The notes under the pieces were generated by a model, which did no database searches, had not been told where the DNA came from, and was given only the letters and a program-made list of their open reading frames with translations. A stretch of 64,000 bases of DNA from Felis catus (taxonomy: Eukaryota): assembly GCF_018350175.1 (NCBI RefSeq), contig NC_058373.1:104596001-104660000 (forward strand), written 5' to 3'. The position numbers and the translations under genes are program-made. Positions within the stretch are counted from its first letter, which is position 1. Each line of letters begins with the position of its first letter. Below are positions 24,649-38,560 of this stretch, one piece after another.

Positions 24649-24894
24649 AAAGATTCTTTCCTAGAAATACCTGCCATATGACAAGTACTGATGTTTGTGA
24701 CATAGCAATACAATATGCTGGGGCATTTGAGAATCTCTGGATTTGATTTCTCATATATGGTGCATAGGGCTTTAGTGGCTTGATTGCAGTTGTTTTTCTT
24801 CTTGAATATTGTGCTCTGCTGTCAGAAATGCTACAGGCGTCAGAGCAAAGATGATTCTATTTTTAAAGACTACATATTAAAATCATTTATTGAG

Positions 24895-25425
24895 AATGGT
24901 TCAATTAGCCTATGGTGCATAACAGTTCAACCCAAAACTTGTCGGCTTACAACAACAATGCTTTATTTTGTCTCACGGTACCACGGCTTAGCTGAGCAGT
25001 TCCTCTGCTGGTTTCGCCTGAGCTTATTCCTGCAGCTGCATTCGGCAAGAGAGTTGGCAGGGCCAGAAGGTTCCAGACAACTCACTCACGTCCAGCAGTT
25101 GATGCTGACTGTAGTCCAGGGTGCCTCAGTTCTCTACTACTGACCCTCTCATCCTCCAGTAGGCCAGCCTGGCTTTTCTACATCACCATCTCAGGGCAGT
25201 GTCTTTGTCCTAAACACTCTAAGCAGAAAGTGCAAGGCCTCTTAAGGCCTTGGAAGTTATATAACATTGTTGTCATTGCATTCTACTGATCAAAACCAAA
25301 GACCAGCCCTTACTCCAAGTATGGGAAAATACACCCCACCTCTTAATGGCAGAGGTGGCAAAGTCACACCACAGAAAAGTTGGGGATGAAATGTTACAGC
25401 CACCGTTGAAAACAATCAGCCACAG
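24895..25425 (-). mobile_element. MaLR LTR (MLT1 family)
   Basis: Antisense MLT1 end: gcataaca...cccaaaact...ggcttacaacaacaa..tttatt; caccccacctcttaatggcagaggtggcaaagtcaca. Confidence 0.8.
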
Positions 25426-27510
25426 AGGGTTCTAAGCAATGTTATCAAATGAAGTGCATTGCCTTTCTCAGACTAAGCTTGCCCTCCCTAAAACTTGAGC
25501 GTAGCACAATGACTTTGGCTGTAATTTCCTAAGAATCAGAATCTAAGCCTTTGCCTAGAATTGCAACACCTCTCTCAGTGTTCTGGCTGCATTAATAATC
25601 CATTTGTCCCCAGGGAGGAGCCAAGATGGCAGAACAGCATGGAAGTTTTTTGTGTGTCTCACATTCATGAAATACAGCCAGACCCACACTAAACCATCCT
25701 ACACACCTAGAAAACTGATTGGAGGATTAACACAATAATCTGCACAACCTGAACGACAGAATTCAGCAGGTACGTGGCACAAAGAGGTGAACTTGGGGAG
25801 CGAGAAGGCACGGGAAGGGAGGTGCTTCTGTGAGCAGAGAGAGGACGGAGACTGGGTGGGGGAGAGTACGGGTAAAGCACCCCTCCCCAAAAGCAGCTGG
25901 AGAGAAAGTGGAAAATTGGAAACAGCCACAGGGACTAAACTAAAAAGGGAGAAGGGAGAAAGGAGAAAGGAGAGGGTTTAATTCCATTAAGACTGTAAAC
26001 AAGGGGAGCGCAAAGTCTGCAACTCCGCAGCTCGATACCTGGCGGTGCTCTGGTGGGAAGGGCGAATCCCCAAGAAGTGAGTGGGGTCCGGGTGGTTCTC
26101 GGGCCACAAGGGGAAAAGCGGTTCTACTGCTGGAAGGACATTTGGTCGAGACTGTTGAAACCACTTGGTCCTAGCAGACCCCAGAAAATGGCCACATTCT
26201 CTGGTGCTGGAACAAGGTCATTAAGGGTGAAGCCTGGTGCCAGATGTGTGTTGTGATTTTCCGTAATCCCTGAAACGCTGCTGCTACACTATCTCGTGAA
26301 CTTTTTCTGGGGCGGGCTGGCACCTGGCCGCAGTCTCGGGGCACCGGAAGAAGCAGGGTCCAGCAAGCATTCCTGGGTGCGGCCGACATTCGGCCATTGC
26401 TGGGTGAGACCCTCCTGCAGAGGGGCAGAACGGGTCAAAGCCGAAGTCCTTCAGAAGTAAGGGGCCAGGGAAACAGGTGCATCTGAGACAAAACTCGGGA
26501 GAGAGGTACTGCCTGGGGCCTGGTCACGGACAATGAAAAAGTAGGGAGTGGACGAAAGCTGAAGACAGAGGACAGGTGCGCAACTGCCATCCAGGAGAAC
26601 AGAGTCCCGATACTAGAGACTGGGTAGCTGGGTGGCACCATTTTCACCGCTCCCGTGCATGTGCATACACACCAACGAGCACCACATTACCCCACCCCAG
26701 TATGCTACCAGCACCATCTAGTGGAGAGCGGAGCCATTACACTGAGCCCCGCCCAAATGGGCCAACCTCGTTCTTCGAGAACACAAGTCTCACTGCCTGC
26801 TTAGTTTATGAACTATAAAGCGCTACATAAACTGACTTCTAGGGGAAAATGAAGTAATTTCAGTCCTACTTCAATATGTTAGCAGGTCCATCTATTCAAT
26901 TTTCTTCTTTTTTTTTCTCTTTTACACTTTTGTTTTTCTTGAATACAGAAAGAGGAAAAAAATCATTTTTATTTTCAACTTTTATTAAAAATATTTTTAA
27001 TTTTTATTACTATATTTTTTACTTTTGTGTGAATTTTTTCAAATTCTATTTTACCTCCATCATTTTATTTTAGTCTACTTCAGTGTATTCACCTTTTCAA
27101 TTTTTCAAACAATTTCCTTTTTTTCTTTTTTTCTCTTTTTCTTTTTCTTGAACGCAAGAAAGAAAAAAATTCAGTTTAATTTTTAATTTTTATTAAAATA
27201 TTTTATTTAATTTTTTTCTACTATATTCTTTACATTTGTGTACATTTTTTCAAATTCTATTTTACTCTCATCATCTCATTTTAGTCTATTCAGGGTATTC
27301 ATTTTTTTCAAATTCTCAAATGATTTCTTTTTTTTTCTCCCCCCCCCCTTTTTCTTCTCTAATCTGTCAAACCACTTTCAACACCCAGACCAAAACTCAA
27401 CTAGGATCTAGCATCATTTATTCTATTTGTGTGTTTAATTTTTTAATTTTAATATTTTTTAATTTTAATTTTAATTTTTCTACCTCATTAATTCCTTTTC
27501 TCCCTTCAAA

Positions 27511-28367
27511 ATGACAAAACGAAGGAATTCACCCCAAAAGAAAGAGCACAAAGAAACAACAGCCAGGGATTTAACTGACACAGATACAAGCAAGATGTGT
27601 GAACCAGAATTTAGAATCATGATAATAAGAATACTAGCTGGAGTCTAAAATAGATTAGAAGCCCTTTCTGCAGAGATAAAAGAAGTAAAAAATAGCCAGA
27701 ATGAAATTAAAAATGCTATAACTGAGCTAAAATCATGGATGGATGCAGCGGTGGCAAGGATGGACGAGGCAGAACAGAGAATCAGTGACATATAGGACAA
27801 ACTTATGGAGAATAATGAAGCAGAAAAAAAAGAGGGAGATTAAGGCAAAAGAGCAGGATTTAAGAATTAGAGAAATCAGTGACTCATTAAAAACAAACAA
27901 CATCAGAATCATAGGGGTCCCAGAAGAGGAAGAGAGAGAAACAGGGGTAGAAGGGTTATGTGAGCAAATCATAGCAGAAAACTTTCCTAACCTGGGGAAA
28001 GACACAGACATCAACATCCAGGAAGCACAGAGGACCCCCATTAGATTCAACAAAAACCAACCATCAACAAGGCATATCATAGTCAAATTCACAAAATACT
28101 CGGCAAGGAGAGAATCATGAAAGAAGCAAGGGAAAAAGTCCCTAACCTTCAAGGGAAGACAGATCAGGTTGGCAGCAGAGCTATCCACAGAAACTTGGCA
28201 GGCCAGAAAGGAGTGGCAGGATATATTCAGTGTGCTGAATCAGAAAAATATGCAGCCAAGGCTGTCATTCAAAATAGAAGAAGAGATAAAAATTTCCCAA
28301 ACAAAAATTAAAGAAGTTTATGACCACTAAACCAGCCCTGCAAGAAATTTTAAGGGGGAATCTCTGA
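27511..28367 (+). pseudogene. L1 ORF1p (RNA-binding chaperone), disrupted
   Basis: MTKRRNSPQKKE... and NNIRIIGVPEEEE...IIAENFPNL...IQEAQRTP; in-frame stops and frameshifts. Confidence 0.95.
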
Positions 28368-28381
28368 GGGGAGGAAAGATG

Positions 28382-28384
<3 letters not shown>

Positions 28385-28468
<84 letters not shown>

Positions 28469-28495
28469 TATACATATACATATATATACATATAC

Positions 28496-28528
<33 letters not shown>

Positions 28529-28548
28529 CATACATACATATATATATA
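28385..28548. repeat. Compound (TA)n(CA)n(TA/CA)n microsatellite in the L1 inter-ORF spacer
   Basis: About 165 bp of dinucleotide repeat between the ORF1 end and the ORF2 start. Confidence 0.95.
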
Positions 28549-28616
28549 CCAAAAGCAACAAAGATTAGAAAGGACCTGAGAACACCACCAGAAACTCCAA
28601 CTCTACAAGCATCATA

Positions 28617-31600
28617 ATGGCAATAAATTCATATCTTTCAGTAATCACTCTAAACGTCAACAGACTCAATGCTCCAATCAAAAGACATAGGGTAACAGAA
28701 TGGAGAAGAAACAAGATCCATCTATATGCTGTTTACAAGAGACCCACTTTAGACCTAAGACACCTTCAGATTGAAAATATGCGGATGGAGAACCATCTAT
28801 CATACTAATGGTCAACAAAAGAAAGCCAGAGTAGCCATACTTATATCAGACAATCTAGATTTTAAAAAGACTGTATCAAGAGATGCAGAAGGGCATTTTA
28901 TCATAATCAAGGGGTCTATCCACCAAAACCTAACAATTGTAAACATTTATGTGCCAAATGTGAGAGCACCCAAATATATAAATCAATCACAAACATAAAG
29001 AAACTCATTGATAGTAATACCATAAAAGTAGGAGACTTCAACACCCCACTCACAGCAATGGGCACATCATCTGATCAGAAAATCAACAAGGAAACAATGG
29101 CTTTGAATGACACACTGGACCAGATGGACTTAACAGATATATTCAAAACATTTCATCCAAAAGCAGCAAAATATACATTCTTCCCCAGGGCACATGGAAC
29201 ATTCGCCAGAATAGACCATATACTGGGATGCAAATCAGACCTAAGTAAGTACAAAAAGATTGAGATCATACAATGCAAATTTCAGACCACAACGCTATGA
29301 AACTCGAAATCAAACAGAAGAATTAATTTGGAAAGGTAACAAATACTTGGAGACTGAAGAACATCCTAGTAAAGAATGAATGGGTTAACCAACAAGTTAA
29401 AGAGGAAATTAGAAAGTTCATGGAAGTCAATGAAAATGATAACACCACAACCCAACCCTGGCAAAGGTGGTCATAAGAGGAAAGTATATAGCAATCCAGG
29501 CCTTCCTAAAGAAGGAAGAAAGATCTCAGATCCACAACCTAACCTTACGCCTTAAAGAGCCGGAAAAAGAACAGCAACTAAAACCCCAAAACAGCAGAAG
29601 ACAGGAAATAATAAAGAGTAGAGCAGAAATTAATGCTATTGAAACCAAAAAAACAGTAGAACAGATCAATGAAACCAGAAGTTGGTTCTTTGAAAGAATT
29701 CACAAAATTGATAAGCCACTAGCCAGTTTGATCAAAAAGAAAAAGGAAAGGACCCAAATAATGAAAATCAAGAATCAAAGAGGAGAGATCACAACCAACA
29801 CAGCAGAAATAAAAACAGTAAGAGAATATTATGAGCAATTATATGCCAATAAAATGGGCAATCTGGAAGAAAGGGACAAATTCCTAGAAACATATACACT
29901 ACCAAAACTGAAACAGAAAGAAATAGAAAAATTGAACAGACCCATAACCAGTAAGAAATCAAATTAGACATCAAAAATATCCCAAAAAACAAAAGTCCAG
30001 GGCCAGATGGTTTTCCAGGGGAATTCTACCAAACATTTAAGGAAGAGTTAACACCTATTCTCTTGAGGCTGTTCCAAAAAACAGAAATGGAAGGAAAACT
30101 TCCAAACTCTATGAAGCCAGCATTACCTTGATTCCAAAACCAGACAGGGATCCCACTAAAAAGGCAAACTATTGACCAATTTCCCTGATAAACATGGATG
30201 CAAAACTCCTCAACAAAATATTAGCCAACCAGATCCAACAATACATTAAAAAAATTCACCACGACCAAGTGGCATTTATACCTGGGATGCAGGGCTGGTT
30301 CAATATCTGCAAAACAATTAACGTGATTCATCACATCAATAAAAGAAAGGACAAGAACCATATGATCCTCTCAATAGATGCAGAGAAACCATTTGACAAA
30401 ATACAGCATTCCTTATTGATAAAAACCCTCAAGAAAGTAGGGATAGAAGGAACATACTTGGAGACCATAAAAGCCATATCCGAACAACCCAACACTAATA
30501 TCATCCTCAATGGAGAAAAACTGAGAGGCTTCCCCCTAAGGTCAGGAACAAGACAGGGATGTCCACTCTCACCACTGTTATTCAACATAGTATTGGAAGT
30601 CTTAGCCTCCGCAATCAGACAACACAAAGAAAAAAAAGGCATTCAAAACGCCCAGGAGGCGGTCAAAGTTTCACTCTTCGCAGATGACATGATACTCTAT
30701 ATGGAAAACCCAAAAGATTCCACCAAAAAACTACTAGAATTGATTCATGAATTCAGCAAAGTTGTAAGATATAAAATCAACGCACAGAAATCGGTTGCAT
30801 TCTTATACAGCAACAATGAAGCGACATAAAGAGAAATCAAGGAATCGATCCCATTTACAGTTGCACAAAAAAACCATAAAATACCTAGGAATAAATCTAA
30901 CCAAAGAGGTAAAATATCTACACAATGAAAAGTATAGAAAGCTTATGAAAGAAGTTGAAGAAGACACAAAAAAATGGAAAAAGATTCCATGCTCCTGGAT
31001 AAGAACAAATATTGTTAAAATGTCAATACTACCCAAAGCAATCTACATATTCAATGCAATCCCTATCAAAATAACACCAGCATTCTTCACAGAGCTAGAA
31101 CAAACAATCCTAAAATTTGTATGGAACCAGAAAAGACCCCGAAGAGCCAAAGCAATCTTGGAAAAGAAGACCAAAGCAGGAGGCATCACAATCCCAGACT
31201 TCAGGCTATACTACAAAGCTGTAATCATCAAGACAGCATGGTACTGGCACAAAAACAGACACTCAGATCAATGGAACAGAATAGAGAACCCAGAAATGGA
31301 CCCACAAACGTATGGCCAACTACTCTTTGACAAAGCAGGAAAGAATATCCAATGGAATAAAGACAGTCTCTTCAGCACGTGGTGCTGGGAAAACTGGACA
31401 GTGACATGCAGAAGAATGAATCTGGACCACTTTCTTACACCATAGACAAAAAGAAACTCAAAATGGGTGAAAGACCTCAATGTAAGACAGGAAGCCATCA
31501 AAATTCTCAAGGAGAAAGCAGGAAAAAACCTCTTTGATCTTGGCCTCAGCAACTTCTTACTCAACATGTCTCTGGAGGCAAGGGAAACAAAGGCAAAAAT

Positions 31601-32486
31601 GAACTACTGGGACCTCATCAAAATAAAAAGCTTCTGCACAGCAAAGGCAACAATCAGCAAAACTAAAAGGCAACTGACAGAATGGAAGAAGACATTTGCA
31701 AACGACATGTCAGATAAAGGGTTAGTATCCAAAATCTATAAAGAACTTATCAAACTCTGGGGCGCCTGGGTGGCGCAGTTGGTTAAGCGTCCGACTTCAG
31801 CCAGGTCACGATCTCACGGTCCGTGAGTTCAAGCCCCGCGTCAGGCTCTGGGCTGATGGCTCAGAGCCTGGAGCCTGTTTCCGATTCTGTGTCTCCCTCT
31901 CTCTCTGCCCCTCCCCCGTTCATGCTCTGTCTCTCTCTGTCCCAAAAATAAATAAATGTTGAAAAAAAATTAAAAAAAAAATAACTTATCAAACTCAACA
32001 CCCAAGAAACAAATAATCCAGTTGAAGAAATGGGCAAAAGACATGAATAGACACTTCTCCAAAGAAGACATCCAGATGGCCAACCAACACATGAAAAAAT
32101 GCTCAACATCACTCATCAGGGAAATACAAATCAAAACCACAATGAGATACCACCTTACACCTGTCAGAATGGCTAACATTAACAACTCAGGCAACAACAG
32201 ATGTTGGCGAGGATGCGGAGAAAGAGGATCTCTTTGGCGCTGTTTGTTGGTGGAAATGCAAACTGGAGCAGCCACTCTGGAAAACAGTATGGATGTTCCT
32301 CAAAAAACTAAAATAGAACTACCCCATGATCCAGCAATAAATATTAGGTATTTATCCACAGGATACAGGTGTGCTGTTTCAAAGGGACACATGCACCCCC
32401 ACGTTTATAGCAGCACTATCAACAATAGCCAAAGTATGGAAAGAGCCCAAATGTCCATTGATGGATGAATGGATAAAGAAGATGTG

Positions 32487-32490
<4 letters not shown>
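28617..32490 (+). pseudogene. L1 ORF2p (endonuclease/reverse transcriptase), disrupted
   Basis: EN start ITLNVNRLNAPIKRHRV; RT motifs [21 protein letters not shown] and [10 protein letters not shown]-terminal HMKKCS...[13 protein letters not shown]...CWRGCGE; many frameshifts and a SINE insertion. Confidence 0.97.
31759..31979 (+). mobile_element. Young felid SINEC_Fc inserted in L1 ORF2
   Basis: Near-consensus; TSD aa(g/t)aacttatcaaactc at 31741-31757 and 31980-31996. Confidence 0.97.
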
Positions 32491-32519
<29 letters not shown>

Positions 32520-33763
32520 GGAGTATTATTCGGCAATCCAAAAGAAAGAAATCTTGCCATTTGCAAGTATGTGGATGGAACCAGAGGGTATTACGCTAAG
32601 TGAAATTAGTCAGAGAAAGACAAAAATCATATGACTTCACTCATATGAGGACTTTAAGAGACAAAACAGATGGATGTAAGGGAAAGGAAACAAAAATAAT
32701 ATAAAAACAGGGAGGGGGACAAAACAGAAGAGACTCACAAATATGGAGAACAAACTGAGGGTTACTGGAGGGGTTGTGGGAGGGGGAATGGGCTAAATGG
32801 ATAAGGGGCACTAAGGAATCTACTCCTGAAATCACTGTTGCACTATATGCTAACTAATTTGGATGTAAATTTTAAAAAATAAAAAAAGAAAAAAGAAAAA
32901 AAATAATCTGTCTGTCCCACCTGCAAGTAGAAGTTTGAAGAAGAAAATGAAAGTTTTGTGTGTTTTTTTCCACCACGGTTAACAATTTTAATGGGAAGAA
33001 TACTGTAGAGAAACAAAGCTTAACCACTTACAAGAGAAGCAAATGCTATGCTTGAGGAGTCCAGGCAGTAAAATCTTTGAGACCCTCAGGTGGAGAACTT
33101 AATCAGGATGGCACAGTGGCCATCCGTGCACCCCCAGGATGTGGCTGTGAGCACAGAGCAGCCTTCCCCGCATGCAACATGCCTCAACAAAAGCCAAGAA
33201 GCAACTGAATACCAACAACTGGGTGTGGATCACGCCTGGGCTGGTACTCAGAAACCTGGAGCTCTGAATTCTCTGACTACTAGTTGTTATCAGACCGTGA
33301 ACCTGACTCTTGTGTCTCTCTCTGCCTGACATTATTGCAATTGCCCACGGGGTATGCAGAAAGCATTTTAGATGTCTCTGATAAGATAAAATGGAAAAAT
33401 ACCAGAGTATTATTTTTCCCCCAATTTTGACTACTGCTAATCAGTGGGACATTTAAAGAAACTAGAGTGCAAACAGGAACTTGCTCTAAGTTTTATAATA
33501 TTTCATTTGGAAAAAAAAATACATAACCATCAAGTTATTATAAGGCTTTGAGAGCCAAAACTTAGTTTCACTGTCATCAGAGTAAACTATAGTGATGAAC
33601 ACTATATAGATTTATTTCCTATAAATCAATGACCAGTATCTTCATTCTTAAAAGATTTTATAGACTATATTATGAGGTGATTTTATGGACTATATTACTT
33701 GGTATTTTTGCTAGTTTGTGAATTAGATTCACATTTTGCTCCAGTAAGAGATACAAGAATATG

Positions 33764-33765
<2 letters not shown>

Positions 33766-33803
<38 letters not shown>

Positions 33804-33857
33804 AAGAGAGAGACAGAGACAGACAGAGACAGACAGACAGACACACACACACACACA
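33766..33857. repeat. Compound microsatellite (GT)n-(GA/GACA)n-(CA)n
   Basis: Direct inspection; the GT and CA arms are mutually complementary. Confidence 0.9.
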
Positions 33858-34906
33858 GATCTCATTCATTTCTGCTACGTCAGGCACCTTTAAAGGAAAA
33901 ATTCCACCTAATGTCCAAAGCAATACGTGCTTCTATTGACTGTCTGACTGCCGGTCTTCCAAATAGGTTAGCATCCATGATAGGAATACCTGGGATGATA
34001 TATCACAACTATAGATCTTGTTTCTTTCAACTTGCTCCCTATTCTGCACCTGCTCAGATCCATCCATTTATGTTCTTACTTTCTTTTGAAGGTTAACTGA
34101 TGACAAATTGTCTTTTGTCTACCATTGTCTTTTGACTACAGACTGTGAATTATGGCAAAGAACGTACAGTGTCCAAAAGTGTGAACACATAACAGGGAAG
34201 GAGTTAATGGCAAGGTTGCAGGAATGGTAAAATGACCCAGGTAGCTGTTAGAGGTCAAATCCATGAGCTGTGGACGGCAGTACTTGCCAAAGGCTTCCAG
34301 TTTTAGAATACTCAAGTTCAGACCTCAGATTCTGACATATAATCCTTCCTCTAGACTCGCCGCTGGTACCATAATGCACATTTTGACTGTAAGCCATGCT
34401 ATGTTGGACTTTCTCAAAGAATGATGAAATGCTAACAGCTCCAACAGAATGTAGCAGTACCATGAGAACAAAACCACACATGAACAGAAGCTTGGCACCC
34501 AGTGCCTGTAAGGGCAGAACCGTTGAATTCATCTTTTCCGAATGCAACTAATTGGATCTTCAACTCCAAAGTAAATAGAGATAAGGCTTATTAGATTACA
34601 ATATTCGTAAGTGAGGAAGGATCAGCAAGTACTAGGCATAGCTGGAAAAAAGAAATTACATTAGGACAAAGATTTAAACATGCTAAAACTTTGGTCAAGG
34701 AAAAAATATATAAGTAATTTCCATTTAAAACGTTCTTATAAGTGTCCTAATTATGTCTACAAGTGTAGGTTTAGTAATCTAGGAAGTTAATTTCCCAGTC
34801 CAGAAATGCTGGTACATCCCTACCTTGGAGTATATTCAGATCTCTTTGACTCCAGAGGGATAGGTACCACCTCACATGCACTCACTGATTTCACAAAATT
34901 TTGTTG

Positions 34907-34909
<3 letters not shown>

Positions 34910-34963
<54 letters not shown>

Positions 34964-35163
34964 TTTTAATCTTATTTATTTTGAGAGAGAGAGAGAGAGA
35001 ACAAGCAGGGGTGGGGCAGAGAGAGAGGGAGACAGAGAATCCCAAGCAGGCTCTGCGTCATCAGCACAGAGCCCAACGTGGGGCTCGATCTCACAAACCG
35101 TGTGATCATGATCTGAGCTGAAACCAAGAGTCGGAAGCTCAACCAACTGTACCCAGGCACCCC
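34910..35163 (-). mobile_element. Can-SINE with (CTTT)n tail microsatellite
   Basis: Reverse SINE ending acccaggcacccc; tail expanded to about 13 CTTT units; TSD tgttgatct / tgtcgacct. Confidence 0.95.
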
Positions 35164-36479
35164 TGTCGACCTCCTCTTTTTATGGTCCACATCCATCTCA
35201 GCATCTATCAAAATCTCAGCAAAATGGCCTCTATCCTAGAAAGAGAAGTCATCAATTCTACCATTGCTAAGACAGGCTTTCCTCTAAGCCAAGTCTACCT
35301 GGGTCTCCATCCCTTTCTATTTTCATGGACTTCCTGTACCTTGACTACCTGGATGTCAGCCTCCATCCACTTCTTCCTCCATTTGATTCTACTTCCCCGT
35401 TGTATGTGGGTTCTTGTTGGACCGAGGGCCTGGCTATCTTCCCTAGCTGGGCCCTGCAACCTACTATTCTGGTAGTACTATTCATGGCTGCCCATGTTCA
35501 GAGGTAGATTATTTCATGCAAAGATGTTTGGGGGGGGGGGGGGAATTAACAGGCAAATTTAATTAACCTGATTTTCAACCAAATTAACTTTTGTTTTGTT
35601 TATTTCTCAAAATCATTGGAAGTCTGCCTAACCCCACTAGATTTACCATTCCAAATTAATTACAGGCTTTGTTTCATAAATGTTTGAATTGTCATAGTTT
35701 TTTAAGCTGCTGTCATTGTTGTAATTCAGAAGTCTCCTAGTTGTGTTCTAGAAGCTTTCCTCCAGATTGGAAACAAAGAAACAACTCTTACCCTCACTTT
35801 GCAACTTGTAAAAAGAAAACAGTCCAAGTTTCCTTTGTAATCATTTCACTGATGGTGGCCAAGCTTCGTGTATGTGACATCCTATCTCTTCCTATACAAA
35901 AACTGTCCTGGGAACAGTCAGGCTTATGCACTGTGCTAGGAGATGGGGCTTCTGGCTTCTGAGAATAGGACTGGGGAACAGTCTTGGGACAGAGTTCTCA
36001 GGGTGCCTCCAGGTATGATGCAATCCTTTATACTTGTAGGTGTTATAAAATCTCCATGAGACACCCCACCACCATCCGCCAGAGGATCCCACATTTGAGA
36101 AGCTCATAACAGGACTCCTAAGGACTTGGGGGGCACAAGGATCCCCAGCACATGAAGATTTAGCACTTTGCTAATTACTTTTCTCTTTCCCTTGTCTATT
36201 GGAAGAGTTCTTTATGTGGTAAGAGTAAAACAATGCAGCACTGGTTTGGGGAGTTATTTATTCTTAACCACATGATTCCTAGGTCTAACTGGTAAGTGCA
36301 TGGTTTCCACAAGCAGTTTGGGCTCTGCGCCCCAGAACCCATCGTAGTGTCAAATGCCATAATAAGTGAAAAGCCAGCATCCAGAGATCCTCCCTTCCTG
36401 GATCCCGTTGCCCCCCTGTGGGTTGTGCTGCAAAATGAGCCCCACCGCGATGCACCAGGAGTGAGATTTAGTGGCAGCA

Positions 36480-36678
36480 GTGTGGGGTCTCAGCTTAGGC
36501 CTGGGCTAGAAGCCTGCCTATGCCATTTATTACATTCCTCAACTGCGCTGAATTTCCTCATCTATAAGTCAGAGGTAATAATTCCTACCTGACAGGTTTG
36601 GTGTGACGAGAAAATAATCGATGCAGGGCATCCTAGCACAGAGAATGCGCCCAGTAAATGGTAGCTATCATTATTTTT
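36480..36678 (+). mobile_element. MIR SINE
   Basis: ctgaatttcctcatctataagtcagaggtaataattcctacctgacagg...cccagtaaatggtagctatcattatt. Confidence 0.75.
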
Positions 36679-36700
36679 CATTTAAAACATAAGATAATGA

Positions 36701-36920
36701 GGGGCGCCTGGGTGGCGCAGTCGGTTAAGCGTCCGACTTCAGCCAGGTCACGATCTCGCGGTCCGGGAGTTCGAGCCCCGCGTCGGGCTCTGGGCTGATG
36801 GCTCGGAGCCTGGAGCCTGTTTCCGATTCTGTGTCTCCCTCTCTCTCTGCCCCTCCCCCGTTCATGCTCTGTCTCTCTCTGTCCCAAAAATAAATAAACG
36901 TTGAAAAAAAATTAAAAAAA
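36701..36920 (+). mobile_element. Young felid SINEC_Fc
   Basis: CpGs largely retained; TSD taaaa(c/t)ataagataatga. Confidence 0.97.
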
Positions 36921-37267
36921 ATAAAATATAAGATAATGATAACTTGACTCCTGTGAGACTATCATACCTATTTGGGATAATTTATTAAGAGCCACAGAAC
37001 TCTAGCTTTTAAGAGATTAAGAAAAACTATGATTACTAGCCATATATTGCATTTTCCAAGTACTTACTGACATAATTTGGGCCATTTATTTCAGGACTGG
37101 AAGTTACTTAATTGTTGTTTTTCTATTTTTCCAGTAGCATGCATATTTTGTCTCCAAAAATGCTGATACGCTGAAGCTGTCTAAACTCTATCCACAGGAG
37201 GTACACAAGGAATGCTTGCTGGAGGAATGATAAGCTTTAGTGATTCTAGTGTTTTGTTTGTCTTGTG

Positions 37268-37269
<2 letters not shown>

Positions 37270-37311
<42 letters not shown>
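37270..37311. repeat. (GT)n microsatellite
   Basis: Perfect GT run of about 21 units. Confidence 0.95.
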
Positions 37312-37314
<3 letters not shown>

Positions 37315-37643
37315 GGGGGGGTATTTTTTTTGTCTTTCAAAGCTTTGTGTCATTCCAAAATGACTCAAGGGATAGATACTATGCAAGCACCATTTATTAA
37401 CTGGAAATGTAAGGACAGAAAAAAAATGTGATTTAAAAATACAGGAAGGTTATTATGAAGGAGTGAAGAGTACTCTCTGGAGCATGTGGGCCATGTCTGA
37501 GTTGAAGCATGTTTCTACGGGCTCTGTAGCAGCTCACATTGGGGATCCATTTGCCATCTCCTGCCCCACACAGGGAAAGAAACCTGGAAGAAATCCTAAG
37601 TGTGGAAGTTTTTGAGATAATCCACTTACCAAATAACTGAGAT

Positions 37644-37847
37644 TTTATTTCATTTCATTTTTTGAGAGAGAGTACGTGTGTGTTCACGTGAGCAGGAGAA
37701 GAGCAGAGAGAGAGGGAAAGAATCCCAAGCAGGCTCCATGCTGTCAGCACAGAGCCCAATGTGGGGTTTGATCAGTAACCGTGAGATCCTGACTTGAGCC
37801 AAAATCAAAAGAGGGACACTTAACCAACTGAGACACCCAGATGCTTC
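37644..37847 (-). mobile_element. Older Can-SINE
   Basis: agaatcccaagcaggctccatgctgtcagcacagagccc...cttaaccaactgagacacccag. Confidence 0.92.
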
Positions 37848-38254
37848 TCCCCACCCCTCCTTTTTAAAGATATTATCCATTCTATTAGGATTGAGACTCT
37901 TGGGGAATAAAATATAACAAAAAGGAAATAAACATGTGAGCAGTAATGCCCCCCCTAAAATATTTGTATTGCTCTTTGGAATTGGAATTGGAATCAAATG
38001 AAAGTCTTAAGACATAAAGCCAAGAATATTACAGAGCAAATGCTCACTGCACTGGGCAGTGGGGGACACCATGCCATCAGAGATGTCCTCCAGAGACTCA
38101 GGGCATTCTTCCTCAGTGAGATATGCAGGGGTGTTTTATACCAGTGGATGAAAATGTGAGATTCCTACTGGTTTAGCCCACACTTCCAATAAGGACAAAC
38201 AGAAAGAGTGGCCTTCGTCTTGCATACAACACTAAAGAGGCTTTTAGTTTAGAC

Positions 38255-38560
38255 TTTTTCGTTAACATTTTCATATGAAATGTTTCAAATCAGATACAAA
38301 AGCAAAGAAAATGGTATAATGAACCCTCAGGTACCATCACCCAGCTTCAATAGTGAGCAGCCCTGAGCTGACCTGGCTCTATGTATCCCCTCTCTACTTC
38401 CCCGTCCCTGGATTATTTCCAAGCAAATCTCACTTCACTATATCACTTCATCCATTAATATTTCAACATGTGTCTTTAAAAGATTAGAATTCTATTTTAA
38501 TACCCAGTCACAACACTAGTATGCTGTTGAAAAACATTTACAGTGACTCCCTGATGACAT
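38255..38560 (-). mobile_element. Ancient L1ME-type 3' fragment
   Basis: ggtataatgaaccctcaggtaccatcacccagcttcaata...ggattatttccaagcaaatctca. Confidence 0.65.

Larger units (their letters stand above)
25613..32901 (+). mobile_element. Full-length, inactivated felid LINE-1 (L1_Fc-like)
   Basis: Starts gggaggagccaagatggc; GC-rich 5'UTR, ORF1, ORF2, G-rich 3'UTR, poly(A); TSD aataatccatttgtccc (25594-25610) / aataatctgtctgtccc (32902-32918). Confidence 0.97.

Noticed and set aside
28265..28579. Low-complexity YI/CV/HT ORFs
   Set aside because: Translations of dinucleotide microsatellites.
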